From the NCBI GenBank assembly GCA_036172245.1, contig JAYWIR010000021.1, forward strand, positions 2,852,001 through 2,916,000: DNA of 64,000 nt, written 5' to 3'. Source of the stretch: Raillietiella orientalis (lineage: Eukaryota). This document shows, piece by piece, positions 13,201 to 23,511 of the stretch. The notes below the pieces were generated by a model that saw only the letters and a list, made by a program, of their open reading frames with translations, was not told where the DNA came from and searched no databases. A program made the translations under genes and the position numbers. Position 1 is the first letter of the stretch; every line of letters starts with the position of its first letter.

Positions 13201-16200
13201 ACTCGAAAGGAGTCTCGTGACTTCTTAAACAGCTCCAACACTGATGAGATCTTTGTGATGAGTTACAGGACACTCTGGATTCCCTGGGACCCTTGAAACT
13301 TATGGGCTCTCGAGCACAAACAGCGTTTTAAAATCCTCTTCTCCATCTCCACTTCCAACCGCGACAGCCGATGCTGCTATAGGGCGAAGATGGAAATTGA
13401 TTCATCTCGTGCAGCAACCTTGATGGAAAGATGCGTGCACACTTTCCTGTTAGCTAAAAATGGGAGCCTTTCTCGCATGGAATTCATCTGTACTTTTTTT
13501 CTAATAAGCACTTGGTTTCATCTGTGCATACTTTTGGATTTCGACTGCTTTCCCTGCTCCCCCCCTTCAGTGGGATGACTTTGTTTCAGCTCCGTGCGAA
13601 TCGCTCCGAAATCGGAGTTACTCCGATGCAGATTTGGACAAGGATATCTTCTGATGCCCATGAATTGGGAATCTAGCTGAGCAGATGAGGAGGAAGAGCG
13701 AGATCGCTTTTTGTTGCGTCTGTTCGTATTTGAGGGGAATCCATCACAACCAGTGTAGGCCATATGTGATGTTTCGTTTCATTTGAGATGTATCAAAACA
13801 AACTGAAAGGTACCTGACGTGCATCTCGTCCCAGAGATCTCGGATTCAGCAGCATCTTTCCGTTTGAATTTCCGCTGCTACTTCCACCGATTCTCTGATT
13901 TCCCGATCGAAATCCCATCTGTAGAGATGATGCCCGAGAAGTGGAAGGTGGCAGCAGCGTTTTTGGACCCAAACAGCTTTTGGAATACGTTCCCAATCAG
14001 ACTGAGACTTCGGACTGAAGCTGAAGCTTTCTTGCCTTCTGAACCAGGTGGATAAGACTCCTTGCAAATCAGCAAGCATCTTCGAAAGAGTTTTCTCTTC
14101 TCTCTGGGTGAAATTTCAAAGCAAGTACAACCATGACGACAGCTGAGTTCCAAGAATAAAGCAGGAGAAATTATCCGCTCGATGTAAAATTGGAGTGAGA
14201 AATCCAAACTGTTGAGTGCTTCCCGCGTCCCTATAGGATTTTTTCATTCCAGAAAATCAATACCAGTACATAGAGGATCAGAAGCTACCTGTTTTCGGAC
14301 TTGGCCATGTGAAAACTGCTGCAGGTCACAACTGCAAACATTTCATAAGCATATGCCATAAGTCTTTCAGTTGTTAGCAGCAAATTGCTAAAAGTCAGTT
14401 GCGACTGTCAACATTCCGGACAGGGAGGCAATCCAGAATCCTTTTCCAACGCAGGGACTCCTACTCATTTTTCTCTTCCTGAGCACTCCAAAATATCTGT
14501 GTGTTCACTTTGCTATATTTCTGCATGAATCCTTTGCATGTTAATGAAATAATCTTGTTAAGAAAACCCCTTTTACGAACTAAGTATTTAATACCTGAAG
14601 TATACGGAGCGTCATTTGAATACTCTAGTCAAGGAAATGTGCGCCCATTATCACTTCTTGGGGAACTCTCCATTTTGCATTTACCACGGAAAACGCTCGA
14701 GGCGATTCGAAATTGCTCCAGACGCAGCGAGGAACTCCTGGCGGTCATTCTTCACGTATCGGAGGGTGAAACTCAAATATTCGGTCAACAGTTTCGAGAA
14801 AACTTCTGGTCATGTGAAGCAGCAAGGATATCGCCTGCTTGAGTAAAATCACCCAAGGAACACAGCTATGTTAGATACAGTTGTCTGGACTCCAATAGTT
14901 ATCCAATTCTTTGCTCGTTTTTTTTTTTTTTTTTTTTAAATAATTTTTAAAACTTTTGAAGGATTGTTCTATTCTTCCGAGTTCAACCAATTGGTAAAAT
15001 ATGGAAAATAAATTTCGCACAGATGAGAAAGGACTGAAATTTGTTAGTAGGTATTTCGTTAGACCTTAAGGAAATAAAGCATCTTTTGTTACGTTGATGC
15101 ACGACTATGTTAGAAGATTTCATTTCATTACATGAAACAGAATTTACTCACATAAAAAACATTCCTTCCTATTATAGGAACTCGATTATTAATGCTTAGA
15201 GGTTATCTTTTGGAATTGCACTCCGACATCCTTCTGAAGTACAACTTTATCTTGTATGATGCTCAATCTTGTCATGGGAAGCAATGGTCATAGTTTCCTG
15301 GACCATTTTTTCCTTTATCATGGCTTGAGACATCCAGCTCTTTGCCGATTCTATCAGAAGCTGGAGGAAGTAATGAACGGGACAAGAGAGACGAATAAAC
15401 AGTTGATAAGAGAAAATAAAGAGGATGTTAATAAGGCACACATGGCAAAAAAGGATTTAGATTTTGGTTGTGAAATCTAATAGATCAGCTGCCTGCTCTC
15501 AGAACTGTCTAAGAGGCACAAGAAGTCTAGGTCCACTTGAAGAGGAAAATTGCACTGTTATGGAGGGATATCGCAAAGAGAGTTTTCTTTGTTTGCAAAA
15601 GGCTAAGGTCTTTTGCAAGGGAATTTTAATCGAAATAGCTCCCCCGACACGTCATCCACTGCGTGTAGACAAGCACATTCTATATGGATTATTCGTGATA
15701 TCTCACTGTATGGGAGAGATTCACTCCTGTAGCTTCTGCAGCTGGGACTATTAAAATGAGGTACATTTGCAGTGGTTGAAAAAAAAAGTCTGAATGAACT
15801 TATTTCTCTTCTCCCCTTTCCCGATTTTATATGTTTTGGATCTACTATTCAACCAGGATCGGAACTGGAATAACTGCCAGAATTAACAGGCTGAGGACTG
15901 AACTTGGAGTTTCCTTTTGATGGTTGCTTTACTGAGAAAAGAATGCTACAGAGTTTACCTAACCTTGATTACATATTTAGAAATAAGAGAGCGTTCAATA
16001 AATTCGAGGACATTCCAAACAGAGATGAGAGAATATCCTCTTTCACGAATCTCAGCAGAGACTTTGTCTGACGAGCTATATAAGGACGTCATGCTCTCAG
16101 AAAATATACTTTGAAGAGATGACATGTCATGCTGTACAGGAACAGTTCTTGGAACCAGACAGGAAATGCCAACAGCCTTCGAAGAAACAGAATAGCAGCG

Positions 16201-17301
16201 TATCGAGGACCGTGTATCTTGCAAGACACCAATACCACACCGATATCCAATATCATTTGTTCCATTTTGGAGGAAATGGACAATCCGAGCAAACACACCG
16301 AGGGGAAGAGAGTGAGAAATAAATCCTCTTTGCTGATGTCTACCTTTTATTTCCAGATCGGAAATCGAGTGGAGTGGAAATCGAATTAGCGTAACTTCCC
16401 TAAGGGGTGCTGTAGCTAGACCAGATAAAGAACATAGCTTTCACATATGGTAGGAAAAAAAAAAATGTACTTGTTCTTGTTTGCAGTTGTCGGAAGCATG
16501 GATGTGGCAGGCTTGACTGCAGGTTCGTTTGAGGACCTGACCTTCTCCTTACTCATATAAGACAGGAATTAAAGAAAAATGCTGGAAGCATTTGAAAGCA
16601 TTCCTTGATGAATCGCGTTGATCGAATCTACGAAGCATCTGATGAGATCGTAGCTGACAGCTTTTTTTTTTTCTTTTTTTGCAGCAGCAGCAGCAGGACA
16701 AGGTGAATCCACGTAAAACTGGAATGCCGACACAGGGAGTTGATGTGCCATAATCCTGGGCATGCAGTCGTCAAGAGCTCCGAGGTTCGGAAGAAGATAT
16801 CGGATCAAAATGAACCTCATGCATTTTGCATAGTCGAAAGTAGCTTGTTCATCTGAAGATAACCGATTAAAAGAACCTGTCTTCTGTCTTGTCCCAAATT
16901 CAGCATGCTGCATGCTGCCCTTCTTCCATCAGAAGCGAAAATGAAGACGAGTAGAAACTGAAAACTCGAAACTCCGGGGTCATGGTCCGGTGTCCCCACG
17001 AATCATACGATCCTGTTCAAACTTTCCGTCTGAGCCTTCCTCCGATTCTGCAAAGTCCAAGTGATCAGAGCAACAGTTTCCTTTCTCTTGCTTTGCGGAA
17101 TTCCGTTAACGAGGCTGCTGCCAGCAGGAATGCTGACAGAACAGTAGCACGGCCACAGAAGCTCGGTGCTGGGTTCACAGATTCCCACTGCATTCTTCCT
17201 CCCCTAAATTTCACCCAAGCATCGAGTTTCCCTTTGTGCATGTGAGAATGAATTTATCTTGTGGGAGCATTCCGGAAGGGGGAGAGAAGCTTGGTGGACA
17301 T

Positions 17302-18260
17302 TTAAAGATCGCACGAAACTGAAGAAAGAAGTGAGTAGTAATCGATGAGGTTGCGAGGTAGAAAAGCGCGTTTCTTCTTAGCTCTTCGTTTTGTAAAGAG
17401 CCGTTTCCCGAAGATACGATCCACGAAGCTGCAGACCTGGCTCGCACGGCTGCAGTTCAAGGGCGTTCTCTTCAGCTGCGGAATGGAAGGTAAACTACAG
17501 TTATCGGGTTTGCCCGTGTCGGAGTTCGTGTGGTTGCGGTGGTCTCCGCGCGTGGCACCATGCGTCGTGGGTTCGAATACTCCGAAGGAATCGACGCAGT
17601 GCGCCGTGGCTTCCGATTTCACCCCACAAGATGACGCTGGTCGGCCTACATTCATCCGGGTGCGACATTGGTAGCGGTTCAAACCGGATGCCCCCGGTGA
17701 GGGCCGGGACAAATGGGAGTCGACTTCCATGTTCTTCCAGGAATCACGGAGTGGGAGCTTCCCTCCGGTTGTGAAGGAGCGGACCCCCGGAATAGGGGGG
17801 TCCTCCGCGTCGTACTGATGGAATAGGTGTGTCGCCACCCATCCCTTTAGAGAGTGCAGAGAAGCGAGCCTATTCCTTCGGGGAAGCAGCACCCTTCTGA
17901 ATTTCGGAAGCATCCCTTCTGGGTTCTCTTCAGAGGAGTAAGAAGAGGAGCGGATCCCTTGCAGGAGTCCTCCCCCCGGAGAATAAATCCCAGGATCGGA
18001 TCCTTTCCGGATTCCCATCAGAGAGGAAACAATGGAGCGGATCCCCTCGGGGATCCTCCGGAGAGAATAAGGAAGGAGATTCCCTTCTGGATTCCCCTTC
18101 GGAGACAACCAGGGTGGAGGTGATCCCCATTTCCGGGGACCCCTCCCCAGGCGTGAGAGGAACGGACTCCGAGTCCTTCCTGGATTCATAGGGCGGACCC
18201 CTCTCGGAGTACCCCTATCTTGAAGAATTACCCACCCTGGCGTTGAACCGTTCCGAAGAA
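17302..18260 (-). CDS. Putative terminal exon of an unidentified gene; alternatively a structured 5' UTR followed by a 142-aa ORF (17730-17302)
   Basis: Longest ORF in the window (331 aa in the track). It is preceded by a strong acceptor (TTTATTTTCTGTCTTCGCAG| at 18261) and a GTAAGT donor at 18513. The upstream segment (...FSKFPDDLDLLNQELRCFP) joins in frame in its only open frame. An internal ATG at 17730 has good Kozak context (AACATGG). No homology recognised. Confidence 0.4.
17747..18260 (-). repeat. Degenerate tandem array of about 11 stem-loop units, spaced roughly 30-50 nt
   Basis: A recurring 3' arm GG(G/A)(A/G)TCCG(C/T)TCC pairs with GG(A/G)GGA(C/T)(C/T)C 5' arms, e.g. at 18189-18217, 18159-18180, 18116-18146, 18072-18100, 18034-18059, 17944-17977, 17776-17806 and 17747-17767. 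Linkers are pyrimidine-rich. Confidence 0.8.
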
Positions 18261-21200
18261 CTGCGAAGACAGAAAATAAAGGATTTCCATCATCCATTTG
18301 TATTTTTCCGGAAGAAATGCATCTACTGTTCTCCCTCCCTCACCCAAGTTAACCTGTCTTCTTCCGCTACTAATTCTTCTGGAATCAGTAAAATCACTCC
18401 CTTATTAATCTAAAAGAATTTCAAGCTAAAATTTGAAAAGAAGCCACATGTCAGTAAAACGACCGGCATCCAGAACTTGTGTATTTTACTTAAAACTCGT
18501 GTATTTTACTTACGTGGGAAGCACCTGAGTTCCTGATTTAGCAAATCAAGATCATCAGGAAATTTCGAAAACCTACAGAATGTTTTTCTTTCATGTTCTA
18601 GGAGCCGGAATTCCTGAATCGAGGCAGGACCGAGTCAAAGTAGTCTTTCCCTTATTGTACACTAAGCGTGCTCCTTATAGATTTCATGTGTAGTCTATCG
18701 TCCTTGCTAAAGAATGCCAGACAAATACATTCTTTCTTTTCTGTCTGATGGCAAATTTTTTTAGAACGGAGAAAAAGTCTATCAAATGGAGTGACCGAAT
18801 GATGTCCAACGATCGAAACTCGTTCTTTCGATCATTATAATTGTTTCAGGCAAAGAAAAACAAAGAGAGAATCCTTCTTACATCCTTGTTGTATCGGATG
18901 AGAAAAATTACCTCTATGATGCTGAATGTATGACTTATAGAGTTGGAAATCTCCATCTTTCTAAAAACTTTGAATCTTACTTGGAGAAAATCATGCGAAA
19001 GCAGAGTCTTTAAAACTTTAAAATATGCTTACTACTTACAAATGTGTACCGGAAATGTGATCCTTCTTTTCACTTCGAAGAACCAAGTGCTTCTTCACGA
19101 TCGTTTCTCAAATGGAAGAATCGACTATAATCGCGTTTCGTCTGGAAGAAGGACAAGGGGACTCTCTGCCTGAATCAATCATACTTGGGCACACCTTCAT
19201 CAACTACAAGATGAGCATTACCTTTAGGATTCTTATAGCAATTCATACATGCGCAACTTGGTAGCATCATTTTCTCCATAAGTTTGTTTCTCTTCAATGA
19301 TGGACACTTTTTCAAGCTTACAGACTGCTGTGCTGGTTTGAGTTATAAAAGGCAACATCTTCAGTAAGGAAAGCATTTTTTTTCTCTTCTCTAATGACAC
19401 AAGTCCAGATGGCTATCTGTTAGAGATTTGAGTCGACAAATTACATGGCCGTTCTATGCAGACGAATGATGCTGGCAGTCAAGTGAAATGTTCTGGAAAA
19501 CACAAAGACTGTCAGCACATAATCACTTGGTGCTTCTTGAAAAACTCGACTTGCATCCTGAATCAAAATTAGCTGCAACGAGCGTTTGCACCATCTTTAA
19601 ATAAGTGCTGGATGACAAACATCTATGCATCCTCAAGTCCCCCAGGGATGCAGAGGGAAAATTTTAAAGAAAAATCTTTTGACTTCAGCAATGAATAAAC
19701 TCGCATTCCTGGGTATTTCAGATGTGCATTCAAAACTCTCAAACACAGACTAGATGAATTTTTTATTCTCAAGTCAACCTATGACTCGTCGACTGGTATT
19801 ACAGAGATTTGCGAGAGATTCCAAAGCCAACATCGAAATGCTTCAGAATGGGAAATTTACTACAGAGATCCCAAGTTTTAATTCACCATGTAAGTTCTCG
19901 CATTCTATCAACCTTTTCCTCTACAGTCATTACCATGTTCTTTCTTCTCTTATGCATCCTGCTGAGTTTTCTTCTTGCATCGCAATGGGTTTCACATGAG
20001 TAAGCCAAGCATGCCGTGCAAAACGAAGGTCCATCAGAAAGAAAAATCGTCTTTTGCATTTTGTATTCAAGAGATCCTACTAATAGTACTGGTTGCCTTA
20101 CTGCAACTGCAGAATTACTTGTTAAAACTAAACATTTACAAGTCAAAGAGTTCGTTCTCTTGAATCTTTCAGTTGTCCATGGTTCGAGAAATTGAGTATT
20201 TCAGGGTGACTTTTGTGAAGACTAATTGCTGTCCCAATTCATTGACAGTCTCATGCCATAGACATGCAGTGTCTACACATCCGCCTCCACTTCTTGATAT
20301 TCACCCTATCAATCCAGATATCCATTCCTGAGAATCTCCCATTTTAGGTTTGCAGGAAGGGAAAAGATTCCGCGAATTATCTTTGTGAATGTTAAGAAAA
20401 AAATCTTGAAAGCCGATCGGAAGAAATTCCTGCCTGTCCTTGTGAAACCGAAGAAAATATCCATAACAAATGTGCAAGATGACTGGTTGAGTTCGCTCAA
20501 GTCTTTTTTTACAGCAGTCTGGGGCTTCCAGAAGTAGTCGTTGCAGTAAGGCAAGCTTATCCTAAGGTCAGAATTAACAGAGTTTTACAAAAGTGACTTT
20601 CATGACCAATTAACGCAAATCTAAGGAATTTATCTATTCTGACATGGAGCCGTGTTCGATGATTTATTAATCGCTTAACACACGGCTCTAAGCTTCTATT
20701 AGAAGAGCATGGCATCGGAAAAGAGTGATGATTACCCCATTTAGCGCAACACCCTGATCGATACGCAAGGGACCTTGGAATATTATGATCTCCAGGAGCT
20801 TAAGAGACTATCATACTTGGTGTGAAGGCCTTACAAAACACTAAGAGACCTAATATGAACGAAAAGAACATGAACCCATTTCATGACACTATTCCTTCTG
20901 AGCATCCTTTCGTTACCCATCCAGTTCCGCTTGAAAGCTGACTTTGCTGTTGATCCCTAGGGAGGTGAATGAGAAATCTGATTCCTTCCTCCAGAGAAAT
21001 GAAACGAATTCTCGATCTGATGAGAATACCTGACACCGGGACCACTCATCAGCCAGGAAAACGGACATATCCTAATGGTTTGTCCCAATGGCAAGGCTTC
21101 CAGAATGCCTAATAAAAATAAGAATAAAAGTAAGCATAAGAATAAAAGGCAGTTTGCTATTCTTAAATGACCTAAACCTAAATCTCAAGCTTCCTTCCTT

Positions 21201-23511
21201 ATACTTCTAAATAAGAATGTTCTTTGAATTCCCCATGAAACCTCGACAAAAATAGTATGTAAGAGGAAAGAAACAGTTAGAAAGAAACACAAATAACGCC
21301 TTCAGGTTTGTGATAAGCTATGAAAACAGACAAAAAAGAACAATTAGAGAAAAAACACATAGAAATCTTCTTGTGAAAATACTTACCCAGAAATAATGAG
21401 CTCTGAAAGAAGAGCCACTGTTTTTTTCATTTCAAGAAGCGTTTTGAGAGTGAATGAAATTTTCTTTCAACAAGTTGAGCTCGTAAAAAAAAAAAAAAAA
21501 AAAAAATCCACTTCAGACGTGCTGAAACATTGTAAATAACTGCCAACACTACATAAGGGTCGTTCATTGCGTAGAAGAATGATAAGTTTGCATGGAAACT
21601 TGTAGCCATCGTATGTTGCCTCGAACGATATTCGTTTCTCTGCAGAATTGAATCTTGCTTCACATGATCGCCATTAGACCATTTACTTGATATAAATAAA
21701 TAAATACACATTGAAAATTTCCAAGAATGAAGGGCAGAACATTGCAGTAAGTTCTGCAAGAGCTATACGTAGGCGGAGGAGGAGGCAAGAGGCTGGAAGA
21801 GGCAGCCCAGCAGCCGAATCGGTTTTCAACAGCTTCCTACACGGAAGGCCAAAGGTCAAACAGGTCGCATAGGAGTGATGGCAACAACGATGAGCTCTTG
21901 ACCACGTTGGCGATGGTACTTTTCCTTCCGAGCTACCCACTGCCATACCTTGTAAAGTACAACGAGAAACAAACTTTTACCTACGTGAAAAGCCACTCCC
22001 CGGCAAAGTTAGTCGCTTGCAAATCTCACTGGTGGCATTTTAAATGGTATGTAGTTTATTGTTCGAGCATGCAGCACTTGCAAAAAATGGTAGCTTTTTC
22101 GGAGTAGGACACATTGCTTATAATGAAATAAATGTCATGCAATTTACCTTTACTGTATCCTATTGCATCTAAAATGACTAAACAGATGGTGCCCTAGCCG
22201 AACTAAGCCGGCAGTCCTTTTGCCATGCTTTTATTTTGGATCCCTAGTTAACGCAGTAAACCTAGTTAGTATTTCAAACATCCGGTAAATGGGAAGCTCA
22301 ATTTCGAAACCTTTACAAGCATTTTGCCAAGTAGGCATTTCAGTTGCAGACAGAATGAAATTGTGAATGCTTCCCCATGAATTGCCTTGATTGCTTTGAT
22401 TTTTATCACAACATAATCCCTAAACAATTGTTTTGGAACTAGTTACAGAATTTTAATATAAGCCTACATTGTAAAATAACCCATGGGATCTTTCAAACTG
22501 AAAAGTGTGTTAAACTTACTTGCACAAGTGGTCAAATACTTTAGAGTAAGGAATAGGATAAATGCATTCATAATCAGTGTGTAGGACTGGATGAAGGATG
22601 ATGAGTTCACCACATTTGGCAGGTAGGAAAAATGAGAACTCTAGATGTACTTCAGCATGCAAGTGTGATTATGAAGAGAAAAAAAGCCCTCTTCTTCAGC
22701 AGTGTATATCACAACACATCACTTGACATGAATGCAGCAGAACCAAAATTTGCAAACCTCATGACCAAATTTCAAGCTTTGCTTACATAAAATAAGAGGT
22801 TGATTTTCTGGGTCAAGATAATCTAATGTCAGGAAATTTCTGCTGCATTTCAGTCCAAATTAACACCTGACTGTTCTCAAATACCTTTAATCTGAAAGAC
22901 AGGTTTGTATTCCCTTTGATCTGCTGAAGTCTTGTCCTTGCTCTTACTTCATATCAAGGATTACATTACTATATGTATGCATAACAATACTCTTAGTTTC
23001 TTGTAGAATTTGTAATCCAAGCACATTATAGAGTGAAATGCAAATAAATAACTTATGCATTATAAATATAAGAACCAGAGATGTGAAGTTTTTATAAAAG
23101 TGAAGTGTGACTTCATAAAGATGTTAGCAAAAGATAATGCATTCAACTACATAAAGTAATCTATATTTTGAACCTACATCTGGATTCAACTGTAACCTAA
23201 ATTAATTTAAAAAATTGACCAAGCAAACTAAACATGTAGCATAAAAGAAGTAAATTCAAAATCTCCAGTGAATTATTCTGAAACTTTGGCTAAACAGCAT
23301 AAATAAAGATGAGGTGCTTTCCCTTTACTAGAGTGGATTCAAATTTAGGCATTTAAAAGAAAAATTTCAATTTGAACCGTTTTCCATCTTTTGTAAACAA
23401 TAAGAAATCTGAAAATACAGACCATATAGTACCATCAAAATCACATTTTTGATGAATGCTACATGAATTTATCTTTAAAAAAGTATCATTTGTCATTTAT
23501 ACCTAATAATA

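Noticed and set aside
1..17000. Many overlapping 60-165 aa ORFs
   Set aside because: No recognisable domains, frequent homopolymer-derived runs and overlap on both strands fit chance ORFs. Small exons of an unrecognised gene cannot be excluded.
17520..17584. tRNA/SINE-like A-box and B-box (GGTTCGAAT) on the plus strand
   Set aside because: The T-arm does not pair and no cloverleaf forms.
17600..17680. YQCRTRMNVGRPASSC as a Gag zinc knuckle, and CA-TTGGTAGCGG as an LTR end plus primer-binding site
   Set aside because: The CX2CX4HX4C pattern is absent. Only ~7 nt match tRNA-iMet, the two signals lie on opposite strands, and no LTR pair or pol domains were found.
17640..17830. HDV-like or hammerhead ribozyme, or group II intron domain V
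   Set aside because: The required cores (nested double pseudoknot, CUGAUGA...GAAA, AGC-triad hairpin) could not be built.
17747..18260. CRISPR array, SECIS or iron-responsive elements
   Set aside because: The context is eukaryotic, the repeats are not identical and there are no cas genes. There is no AUGA/GA quartet and no CAGUG loop.
21683..21946. GC-rich 87-aa minus-strand ORF as a possible exon upstream of the orphan gene
   Set aside because: No homology and no convincing splice chain to 18.6 kb.
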